DNA of 64,000 bases from a virus (Duplodnaviria; Caudoviricetes): the IMG/VR virus record IMGVR_UViG_3300034062_006701; one strand, written 5' to 3'. The notes under the pieces were generated by a model. It saw nothing but the letters and a program-made list of their open reading frames with translations. It did no database searches and was not told where the DNA came from. Below, piece by piece: positions 20,284-27,816 of this stretch (the first letter of the stretch is position 1; each line of letters starts with the position of its first letter). The position numbers and the translations under genes are program-made.

Positions 20284-20583
20284 TTATTTTGGTGGTTCTT
20301 GTCCTGGTGATCCGTCAGTTCTCCAATTAATATAGATGCCTTCATTAAAGGCGTCAAGATTAATATAGTTATGAATTAAACTATAATCATGTTTCATCTG
20401 AAGGAAGGCTCCAATAAGCATTATAATAATTGGAACAATAAAGAAGATAGGCCAAACTTTAAGCCACATTCTATTAGCCCATCTAATGAGTTTCATCTTA
20501 TTATAGATGACATGGGCCTGGAAGTAGATCTTAGCCTTCCTCCAATGACCATGGGATAGATAATATAGAAGTTCTTTAATCAT
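20284..20583 (-). CDS. Membrane protein
   Basis: One hydrophobic segment. Confidence 0.6.
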   Translation of the reverse strand: MIKELLYYLSHGHWRKAKIYFQAHVIYNKMKLIRWANRMWLKVWPIFFIVPIIIMLIGAFLQMKHDYSLIHNYINLDAFNEGIYINWRTDGSPGQEPPK

Positions 20584-20995
20584 TTAGGTACTCCAAACCC
20601 TTCTTATACTTCTCAATCTGTTTCTGAGATGGTGTATCATTCAGGTTATAGGTCATATCGGCAATCTTTACTGCCCTGGCTATAGCATTCTCCTTTACCT
20701 TCTTTAGATACTCTTCATATGAAAGATGATCAAACTTTGTTAGAATCAAGACTGCGTCAACTACCATCTTAGGCATTCCAATCTTCTGAAGATCCATGGA
20801 GTTATAATTCGTATCTTCAATGACATCATGAAGGTAGGCGGTAGCAATGTACTCAGGCTTCTGCGGCTTAACTAGCCTGGCGACACCATCAACATGCTTA
20901 AAGTATGGAGTAGTACCATCTCTACGGAACTGACCCATATGGGCTATCTGGGCAAAGTTCCTGGCCGTTGCTATAAGATCTAATCCGTCTTTCAT
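20576..20995 (-). CDS. HD-domain hydrolase, SpoT/Mesh1-like small alarmone hydrolase
   Basis: AHMGQFRRDGTTPYFKH, LHDVIEDT and VKIADMTYNL motifs. Confidence 0.85.
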   Translation of the reverse strand: MKDGLDLIATARNFAQIAHMGQFRRDGTTPYFKHVDGVARLVKPQKPEYIATAYLHDVIEDTNYNSMDLQKIGMPKMVVDAVLILTKFDHLSYEEYLKKVKENAIARAVKIADMTYNLNDTPSQKQIEKYKKGLEYLND

Positions 20996-21001
20996 ATTAC
21001 C

Positions 21002-21030
21002 ATAATAGATTCCAGAAGAAGGAATGACAA
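21002..21030 (-). promoter_or_regulatory. Sigma70-like early promoter
   Basis: TTGTCA-17-TATTAT, 6 nt before ATG 20995. Confidence 0.7.
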
Positions 21031-21033
21031 GCT

Positions 21034-21201
21034 TTATTTCTCTATCAAAGTAAGCTCAGAGGCCGATCGATACATCTTCGAAGGCTGAATAGGTATGAGC
21101 TGAATAAGCGGATCATCCGGTCGATCAGAATCATTAATTGTATCCAATACAATATAATCCCAACCATCATACTCTACCCTATCTCCTCTTTTGAATTTCA
21201 T
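21034..21201 (-). CDS. Small hypothetical protein (55 aa)
   Basis: Hand translation MKFKRGDRVEYDGW... Confidence 0.6.
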   Translation of the reverse strand: MKFKRGDRVEYDGWDYIVLDTINDSDRPDDPLIQLIPIQPSKMYRSASELTLIEK

Positions 21202-21205
21202 ATTA

Positions 21206-21532
21206 TTAATAGTATTTTAATTGTACAGGCTTATTTGTGCAATCTAAAAACTCATTATTTTTAAATTCTACACACTTATATGTCCCTATTTCTTCAAGAT
21301 AGAGTTTATCGCCCAATGTCATGGGGTTAACATATCTTTTACCGTCTTTTGTAATGGGTGAATGGTTACAGATAAATCCAAGCTCACATGCTGCTTTGAG
21401 CAAGGATTTATCTTTACCTGTTCTTGATACTTTCTTTTGAGCTCGCTCTATAATCTTATGCGCTTTTTTAAAAGACCGTTCCAGGTCCTTAGCTTTTACA
21501 GCAACGTCTTTAAGAATATATTGCTTGGCCAT
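21206..21532 (-). CDS. Hypothetical protein
   Basis: ORF track. Confidence 0.6.
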   Translation of the reverse strand: MAKQYILKDVAVKAKDLERSFKKAHKIIERAQKKVSRTGKDKSLLKAACELGFICNHSPITKDGKRYVNPMTLGDKLYLEEIGTYKCVEFKNNEFLDCTNKPVQLKYY

Positions 21533-21540
21533 ATTAGATA

Positions 21541-21699
21541 TTAATCTTCTGGATCAATTAGCTCTTTAATCTCTTCGTTAATCCTCTTGATTTCTTCGTT
21601 AAATCCCTTTGCAGCTGCCTTTTTACGGAGCTTCATGTCCTCGAGCTCTGTACAGAGTTGAAAAACGCGTGCTTCTTTTGTTGTGTTTGTTTGTGTCAT
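21541..21699 (-). CDS. Small coiled-coil protein (52 aa)
   Basis: Hand translation MTQTNTTKEARVFQLC... Confidence 0.55.
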   Translation of the reverse strand: MTQTNTTKEARVFQLCTELEDMKLRKKAAAKGFNEEIKRINEEIKELIDPED

Positions 21700-21838
21700 A
21701 AATTCTTGAATATATTAATAGCTTAGCCACAGGCATTCAAGTATAAAAATTATAAAACATACACATATTGTAATCATGATTATACGGTCGTGGTTCCAAA
21801 AATTTAACCAAGCTCGGTATAATTGATTTTTGTTCATA

Positions 21839-22603
21839 TCATGTTAAAGTACCTATTGAGGCTTGAGACTGTCTCTCATTTAATATTCTTTTATAGATGG
21901 TTTTAAGCACCGGCGCCGTATTAAAATCTAACCAAAGCATCTTATACCCTTTATCGTCGCAGTATTTTTCTAACGCCAGTTGCTTATAAGGTATAGTTCT
22001 ATTATAAGGGTGCTCTGATTGTATATTCCACTTTTGCTTTACCTCGACAATGCACGTTTTACTATCTATCCTACAAATAAAATCAGGATTAAATGTTCGA
22101 TGTGACCCGTCTTCCCAATAATTTAAAATACTTATAAATCGCTCAATACGATTCGCACCTAATTCATCAATGAGATATACAATACCAGCTTTTTCTAAAT
22201 TTGAATCAACATCTATTACCACATCTTTATAATTAAATGTTTCTCTTAATGTAGAGAAATTACCGTGCTCTTTGAGATAATTTTGCCTATTAATAGAACG
22301 TAAATAGCTCGCACATACCTTACTACATGTCTTTTTTTCGTAACCAGCTTGTGCTATAAAAGTATCACCACACGTTACACAAACACAATCGATGTACGTC
22401 CTTGGCCTATATCCCGGTGATCCTGGAATATTTCGCTTTCTACCTTTGAGGGACCGAGAGATTTTTAATTTTGTTGCTTCTGAGCGCACTCCCCTGTTAT
22501 TAGCGCAATTGCGCGAACAATATAATAAAGGTTTTGTTTTACGAACAACCCTATCCTTACGCCAATCATCAACTATTTCTTCTTTACAAGTTATACATTT
22601 CAT
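21839..22603 (-). CDS. Free-standing homing-type endonuclease (Zn fingers + PD-(D/E)XK, TnsA-N-like)
   Basis: CxxC repeats; FNPDFIC...IVEVKQ catalytic motif. Confidence 0.75.
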   Translation of the reverse strand: MKCITCKEEIVDDWRKDRVVRKTKPLLYCSRNCANNRGVRSEATKLKISRSLKGRKRNIPGSPGYRPRTYIDCVCVTCGDTFIAQAGYEKKTCSKVCASYLRSINRQNYLKEHGNFSTLRETFNYKDVVIDVDSNLEKAGIVYLIDELGANRIERFISILNYWEDGSHRTFNPDFICRIDSKTCIVEVKQKWNIQSEHPYNRTIPYKQLALEKYCDDKGYKMLWLDFNTAPVLKTIYKRILNERQSQASIGTLT

Positions 22604-22652
22604 AAGATTTGAACCTATAATTATTTAGTCTCTAGGTTCGAGTCCTAAAGAG

Positions 22653-22907
22653 CTCCGGGGGCAGGATTTGAACCTGCGACCAATCGGTTACATCTACCCT
22701 TAAGTTTTAATTCCTTAAGGAATGGACTTTGTCTTCATCCTGTTAGGATGTGTCGTGTAAAGTCTCTACACTTGCCCGGTCTTTCGACCTGCTAGCTCGG
22801 CGTTAGCATTTCAGCTTTCACCGACTTAGCGACATTTTTCAATCAACATTACTGCTGAAAGCTGCAACTTAATACAGCCGACCGCTCTACCGCTGAGCTA
22901 CCCCGGA
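22653..22907 (-). tRNA. trnN: tRNA-Asn(GUU), split by an intron between anticodon positions 35 and 36
   Basis: 5' exon 22907-22874 (TCCGGGG...CGGCTGT) joined to 3' exon 22690-22653 (TAACCGAT...CCCCGGAG) gives a complete cloverleaf with G73. Confidence 0.92.
22691..22873 (-). mobile_element. Group I self-splicing intron, 183 nt, ORF-less
   Basis: P1 with U-G (exon GGCUGU / intron GCAGCU); P2 GUAA loop; AACGCCGAG; R GUGUAGAGACU; P8; S AAGACAAAGUCC; P9; terminal G. Confidence 0.92.
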
Positions 22908-22959
22908 TCGGTAATTATATTAATCTCTAAAAGAAAATATGCAATAAAATTTTAAAAAA

Positions 22960-23054
22960 TGGAAGTGGGTATGGGAATCGAACCCATGCTCGTCCCTCAT
23001 CTAGGGAACACAGATTATAAGTCTGTCGGTGCTATCCAGTTACACTAACCCACC
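22960..23054 (-). tRNA. trnI: tRNA with UAU (Ile) anticodon and a long variable arm
   Basis: ACAGA-CTTATAA-TCTGT; extra arm TTCCCT-AGATG-AGGGA; G1-U72, U73, CCA. Confidence 0.85.
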
Positions 23055-23125
23055 GCAATTGTTTAGCATCCTCCTTTTGTTGAGTTAGTTGCATGAATCA
23101 TTATTCACGTAATATATATACAGTC

Positions 23126-23416
23126 TTATGAAGATGCAAGCATCTTAAGCGACTTAAATTCGTTTTTAAAAAACAACTGACCAACAATTGTCAGTCTTTG
23201 CTTAAGCAGAGGCATAAAGGTAATAACATCACCGTTCTCAAGTGCTTGAATAATATCGCGGATATAATCACGATCACTCTCGTAGTGCTGACGAATTTTC
23301 TCGTTATTGTCTAGCATAGAAGATAGCATTCGCTCGAGAGAAGCTTTCTTATATTGAATTAATCTCTGACCAAACGTAATTGAGAGATCAATTTCTGCTA
23401 TTTCTCTGTCAGTCAT
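23126..23416 (-). CDS. Hypothetical helical protein
   Basis: ORF track. Confidence 0.6.
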   Translation of the reverse strand: MTDREIAEIDLSITFGQRLIQYKKASLERMLSSMLDNNEKIRQHYESDRDYIRDIIQALENGDVITFMPLLKQRLTIVGQLFFKNEFKSLKMLASS

Positions 23417-23454
23417 AAAAAGAGAATATACTCCTTTAAAGGAAGATGCAAGAT

Positions 23455-24201
23455 TTATATCTCAACAATATTACCAGAAGCCGGTACACGATCAACTAGC
23501 ACGATCCTTCGACCGCTATCTCCCTTTGTCGGGCTTTTACCTAGAATCAACGGGTTACCGTCTTTATCTTTTAAATCCGGTTCATATGGTTGATCTTCTC
23601 TACGCTTTCTTAGTCTTAAAAAGATTGAATGTCCTTTCGCATATTGATCAATATCTGTAAACACACCGTTGAGATTTAATTGATTGCTCTTAAAGGATCC
23701 AACAACATCCATAGGACCAATATACATGTAATCAACCGGTCCACCCATAGCTGGTGTTCCTTTTAAAACAGTGAGAGTATCTTTTTCATTCAGACGACCA
23801 TATACATCTGGAATTAAATCACCTCTCTTAAACCCTTGCTTTTTATACCAAGCATTAGCGTTATTTAAAAATCTTTTAGTTATATCAGGTATTAAAGTCT
23901 GTAAGCCGACAAGACCACCTCCTCCTACGCTCGGTGCTGCAGATACACCGCTCTCGGTACCTCCTTTGAGGCTAACGTTAATACGCTTTTTACCCGAACC
24001 AATTGTAAGAATTACATCTGTGTATGGTTCAGTGCCTAGTTCATTAATGCCTTCCATCTTCTCTGCAGAAGATACGTTCTTTATTTGATTAACAGAAATA
24101 GGCCCTTTTTTAGCATATCTGTTAATAGCATCAATGACTCCACGTTCTTGACGCTCAGCTCCGACGCCGCCTTCAATGAGAAATGTTTTAAATGATACCA
24201 T
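23455..24201 (-). CDS. Restriction-endonuclease-fold (PD-(D/E)XK-like) protein with capsid-targeting-like N-terminus
   Basis: Start reassigned to ATG 24201 (MVSFKTFLIE), 5 nt after AATAAGTA; YTDVIL...VSLKG. Confidence 0.55.
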   Translation of the reverse strand: MVSFKTFLIEGGVGAERQERGVIDAINRYAKKGPISVNQIKNVSSAEKMEGINELGTEPYTDVILTIGSGKKRINVSLKGGTESGVSAAPSVGGGGLVGLQTLIPDITKRFLNNANAWYKKQGFKRGDLIPDVYGRLNEKDTLTVLKGTPAMGGPVDYMYIGPMDVVGSFKSNQLNLNGVFTDIDQYAKGHSIFLRLRKRREDQPYEPDLKDKDGNPLILGKSPTKGDSGRRIVLVDRVPASGNIVEI

Positions 24202-24217
24202 AAATGTACTTATTGTT

Positions 24218-25057
24218 TTAAAACCCTTCTTCAGGAATTGCAACATCTTTTTGTGGTCGTTGGTTTAATTTTTGGTAATAGTGTTGAAGAGCTAACTTAA
24301 ATTTTCTATATTGTTTTCTGAATTCAGGCTTTTCTTTAATACGAAAGAGAGTACGAATAAAGTCTTCCTGATACTTCAAATAACTCGGGAGAGGGAAATC
24401 TTTAGGTAGATTAGATGACCTTATAAAGGTATCAAGTAATCGGAGAAAACCGATACGCTGCTTTTCCCAAAACTTCTTATTATCACCTCGTTTCAAATGC
24501 TGAAGAATGAGACTGTATTGACGCTGAAGTTCTTCAGTAATTGAAGCGAGTTGTATTGGAAATTCGTTCGGTGATGTATAATAACCCTGCTTACTTCTTA
24601 TAGAAACTTGACCGGTAGGGAGGGTTCTCTGATTAGTAGCACGTATGTCTTGAGGCCTTAGTTTCTTATAGTGCTGTCTGGCGTGAAGGACTTCATGTAA
24701 TATTGTATTACGCTGTTCGTTAGGTGATAAATTACTGAAATAGTTATAAAAGAGAATTACAGAATTCGTGCTCTCTCTATATCCCGCTGCAGCAGACGCC
24801 TTTTGACCGAAGCTTACCTCTACATGAAGCTTTTTTTCTTTTCTATCTACCTGGTCTATATAGGTAACCGTCCCGAGAAAGAAAGTACCATCTCCCTGTA
24901 GTTTTTTTCTATAAACAGCTTCAGGTGATTTACCTTGCAGCTTATCATCATTAAAATAAAGCTGATATCTATCGAAGATATCCTCGATTTGCTTTCTTTC
25001 TTTTGATGTAACGCTGTAAGTCTTCTCCGTTACAAATTTTTTAAACGGAACAAGCAT
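24218..25057 (-). CDS. Putative zincin metalloprotease
   Basis: ILHEVLHARQH (HExxH) and downstream Y...PNE; N-terminus MLVPFKKFVTE. Confidence 0.6.
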   Translation of the reverse strand: MLVPFKKFVTEKTYSVTSKERKQIEDIFDRYQLYFNDDKLQGKSPEAVYRKKLQGDGTFFLGTVTYIDQVDRKEKKLHVEVSFGQKASAAAGYRESTNSVILFYNYFSNLSPNEQRNTILHEVLHARQHYKKLRPQDIRATNQRTLPTGQVSIRSKQGYYTSPNEFPIQLASITEELQRQYSLILQHLKRGDNKKFWEKQRIGFLRLLDTFIRSSNLPKDFPLPSYLKYQEDFIRTLFRIKEKPEFRKQYRKFKLALQHYYQKLNQRPQKDVAIPEEGF

Positions 25058-25062
25058 ACGTA

Positions 25063-25263
25063 TTATCTCCTACGCTTATATTTACGGTCCTGAGCCTTTT
25101 GTTTACGTTTCTTCTTTTGGGCCTTTGTCTCAAAGGAACGACGATTTTTTACCTCTTCGAGGATATTACCAGCGTCGAGCTTTGTTTTAAGTCTCTTAAG
25201 AGCACGATCTATATCCTCTCCTTGATAAACCTTTATAGAGTAAAGCCCGCCTCGTCTAATCAC
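25063..25263 (-). CDS. rpsU: 30S ribosomal protein bS21
   Basis: IKVYQGEDIDRALKRLKTKLD...EVKNRRSFETKAQKKKRK; GTG start overlaps the TGA of the upstream ORF. Confidence 0.88.
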   Translation of the reverse strand: MIRRGGLYSIKVYQGEDIDRALKRLKTKLDAGNILEEVKNRRSFETKAQKKKRKQKAQDRKYKRRR

Positions 25264-25343
25264 AGGAAAAATATTATGTTGCAAGCAGTTAGAAATATTT
25301 CTAAACCGCTAATTTGGTTAATAAAAGAGTGAACACCGTTCAT
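25260..25343 (-). CDS. 27-aa upstream ORF coupled to rpsU
   Basis: MNGVHSFINQISGLEIFLTACNIIFFL; GTGA stop/start overlap. Confidence 0.4.
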   Translation of the reverse strand: MNGVHSFINQISGLEIFLTACNIIFFL

Positions 25344-25352
25344 ATGTTCGAA

Positions 25353-25360
25353 TATTTATA
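25353..25360 (-). promoter_or_regulatory. T4-type late promoter for the bS21 unit
   Basis: Perfect TATAAATA. Confidence 0.7.
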
Positions 25361-25386
25361 TAATAAATACCTTCTATTTACAATAA

Positions 25387-25584
25387 TTATTCTATTGGCT
25401 TTTTCCAAAGAAGGTAACCTGCTCTTTCGTCATAATCAAGAGATAACGACATGAACTTTTGATAAAGAGACCAGGAAGGCATAGCAATAAGATGACGAGT
25501 CACTGTATTCCAATCTGTCCAACAGACTATTCGCCAACAAAAATCACCAAGATAGTAAAATATATACGCTAAAAGTCTATTCAT
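25387..25584 (-). CDS. Hypothetical protein
   Basis: ORF track. Confidence 0.6.
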   Translation of the reverse strand: MNRLLAYIFYYLGDFCWRIVCWTDWNTVTRHLIAMPSWSLYQKFMSLSLDYDERAGYLLWKKPIE

Positions 25585-25602
25585 ACAGATATATAATCAT
25601 TT

Positions 25603-25833
25603 CTACCTCTTCTTTTTACGAACAAAGATATTAACTTTCGCAGACTTCATATCCTTCTCTGCAATAATAAAGCGAAACGGTCTACCTTCATACTTGTTAT
25701 TCTCTCTGATGAGAGCACGACGTAGAATACCTTCACGCTCTTCATACGTACACTCCTTAATAAAAGGAACAGTAATAGTATACATTTCTTCGTTTTTTGG
25801 CTTAGACTTTGCTTTGATAGGTGCTTTAGGCAT
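25603..25833 (-). CDS. Hypothetical basic protein
   Basis: ORF track. Confidence 0.6.
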   Translation of the reverse strand: MPKAPIKAKSKPKNEEMYTITVPFIKECTYEEREGILRRALIRENNKYEGRPFRFIIAEKDMKSAKVNIFVRKKKR

Positions 25834-25850
25834 TCCTATAGTATAAAGAG

Positions 25851-25991
25851 CTATTTAAATTTAACAAGAATAAACTTCCATAATTTCTGTACTGCGAGAA
25901 ATGTAAAGAAGATCGTCCAGTATAAAGCACCAGTCGCTAGAAAAGGCAAAAGAATTAATGCAAAAAAAATACCTTCTTCAGCGGTAAGCAT
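25851..25991 (-). CDS. Small membrane protein (46 aa)
   Basis: Hand translation; ATG 5 nt after ATTAAATA. Confidence 0.5.
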   Translation of the reverse strand: MLTAEEGIFFALILLPFLATGALYWTIFFTFLAVQKLWKFILVKFK

Positions 25992-26008
25992 AAAGATATT
26001 TAATATTT

Positions 26009-26767
26009 TTATATCTCTACTTTAAATACTTTCTCAAAAACTTTAGGATCCTGCTTGTATCCTTCTTTTGATTCATCGTATGCATCTGTAGTATACTGCC
26101 AGTTAAAGAAAAGCTGATTCGGTGTCTTGAATCCAAAGAACTTTAAAACTTGTTGTTGCGTCTCCACGACGACCTTACCATTCCAGTTATGACCAAGACC
26201 GATAAAGCCTACATCAATATCCTTCACGACGTTTGCTTCACTGAGAGTTGTATGCCTATTCTCTATCCAGTTTAGTCTTTCGATTAGTTTTTGATATATA
26301 GCGTTTGTCTGGCCCCAGCGAATACTAGAGAAAAACACAACACAGTCTGACTTAAAAAGTTCTTTTGATATCTTCCAAAGCTCATCATCTTTATTACCAT
26401 ACGATACCCAGCAACGATGATAACCGGAAGGGTTTTTATCCTTATCTTCTAAAAGCGCACCTTTGAGACCACACGAATTCCCGTCTTTTGTCGATACATT
26501 ACCAACACAGGGTAGAATATTGAGATCCGGTACTTCAATAATTCTAATATTTTTGCTCGGAAATTCATCTTTTAAGTGATAAGCGAAAAGAGTACTCTTA
26601 GGTCTTTCTTCATCCTGACCAGGCCTTCTGTTTGAGGTAGTTAAGAATAAAATGTTTTCTTTTGTATTGAGGTATTCTTTGAGGTCAGAGATTTTCTTCT
26701 GAATAGGCGCAGGAGATGAGTTAATTCTCTCAAGAATTATTTGATTGTATGCTTGTTCTAGACTCAT
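26009..26767 (-). CDS. Flavodoxin-fold NAD(P)H-dependent FMN reductase-like protein
   Basis: LFLTTSNR, DCVVFFSSIRWG and KLIERL motifs. Confidence 0.75.
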   Translation of the reverse strand: MSLEQAYNQIILERINSSPAPIQKKISDLKEYLNTKENILFLTTSNRRPGQDEERPKSTLFAYHLKDEFPSKNIRIIEVPDLNILPCVGNVSTKDGNSCGLKGALLEDKDKNPSGYHRCWVSYGNKDDELWKISKELFKSDCVVFFSSIRWGQTNAIYQKLIERLNWIENRHTTLSEANVVKDIDVGFIGLGHNWNGKVVVETQQQVLKFFGFKTPNQLFFNWQYTTDAYDESKEGYKQDPKVFEKVFKVEI

Positions 26768-26768
26768 A

Positions 26769-27503
26769 TTAGCAATGATAATTTATAAATCTTTGAGCTC
26801 CCTTTGCTGTAGCGTTAGATTTATTCTTTTGTTTTGATTTTAAGGCTCGAGCCTTAGCACAGGTTACTTTACCCTTTATTTGACGCTTGAGAATACCAGG
26901 ACGAACTGGATCATGTATATTCTTCTTCTCTGTAACTTCTGCAAGACCTGGTTGGGTATTAAAACGGTTTGAAGCTCGTACACCTCTACCAACTTTCTTG
27001 ATTTGCCGTGCACCTGCTACTACAGCCCGAGCTATCGGCTTTGCTTTTCGTAATTTAAGAACTTTGATGATATCAGCAAACGGAATCAAAGATATAGCAC
27101 TGATCCCTGCATTGATTATATGTTTCTTTCGTTCGTCAGTTGTCTTGGATAATCCAGCTCGTAGCCCTGATATTAAGACATTTGCAGCATCGGCAAACGT
27201 ACCGAAAGTAGGTTCAAAGCCTATTACATCTAAGGCGGCTTGAAGTGTGTTTATTGCTTGCTGTGTGCCTTCTACAACATTAGAAAGCTTTGTATAATAG
27301 TCGGGGTCTTCAAACAAGTGATCCATAGCAATCTTTCTTGCAACACTATCATCCTTTGTATGTTCGTGCTCTATTTTAATACCCTTCTTTAACTGACTGC
27401 TAATATGCTCTATAGAAACCTTGTGCTTCTTAGCGAGATCATCAATGCTTTTACCTTTAGCTAGACCACTAAATGTCTGTTCGTAAAAAGTCTTGAAAGT
27501 CAT
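26769..27503 (-). CDS. Multidomain hypothetical protein (DUF5661-like + pre-toxin-TG-like helices + basic tail)
   Basis: KGIKIEHEHT...IAMDHLFEDPDYYTKL; LDVIGFEPTFGTFADAAN...AGISAISLIP. Confidence 0.6.
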   Translation of the reverse strand: MTFKTFYEQTFSGLAKGKSIDDLAKKHKVSIEHISSQLKKGIKIEHEHTKDDSVARKIAMDHLFEDPDYYTKLSNVVEGTQQAINTLQAALDVIGFEPTFGTFADAANVLISGLRAGLSKTTDERKKHIINAGISAISLIPFADIIKVLKLRKAKPIARAVVAGARQIKKVGRGVRASNRFNTQPGLAEVTEKKNIHDPVRPGILKRQIKGKVTCAKARALKSKQKNKSNATAKGAQRFINYHC

Positions 27504-27514
27504 AAAAGTATTTA

Positions 27515-27599
27515 TGCTAGATAGGTCTTCGTTGGCTACCGGGTCTTTAACCCGCTGGACGAAGCGCTCTAGTTGCCCCCTGCCTACTCGGGTCTAGCA
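27515..27599 (-). ncRNA. Unassigned 85-nt structured RNA candidate
   Basis: Nested helices TGCTAGA/TCTAGCA, TAGG/CCTA, CTTCGT/ACGAAG, GGGT/ACCC; no ORF. Confidence 0.55.
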
Positions 27600-27622
27600 A
27601 AATTATTTAATGAGCTGCGTGC

Positions 27623-27700
27623 TGGAGCGTAGAGCCAGATTTGAACTGGCGATTTTATCCTTTTGCAGAGGATTGCCTTTGACCACTCAGCCATCTACGC
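27623..27700 (-). tRNA. trnC: tRNA-Cys(GCA)
   Basis: ATCCT-CTGCAAA-AGGAT; U73; CCA. Confidence 0.95.
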
Positions 27701-27709
27701 ATTAAAAAT

Positions 27710-27798
27710 TGGCGGGCAGCTGAGGTGTCGATCCCCATACCTTTAACAGTATCACCCGATTTCAAGTCGGAGCCCAGGGCCGCCTGGGGTAACTGCCC
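27710..27798 (-). tRNA. trnS: tRNA-Ser(UGA) with extended D-stem
   Basis: TCCGA-CTTGAAA-TCGGG; long arm; G73; CCA. Confidence 0.9.
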
Positions 27799-27816
27799 GT
27801 ATAAATCTATATTAAT

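Noticed and set aside
27710-27798. Selenocysteine tRNA
   Set aside because: Anticodon is UGA, not UCA, and the acceptor stem is 7 bp
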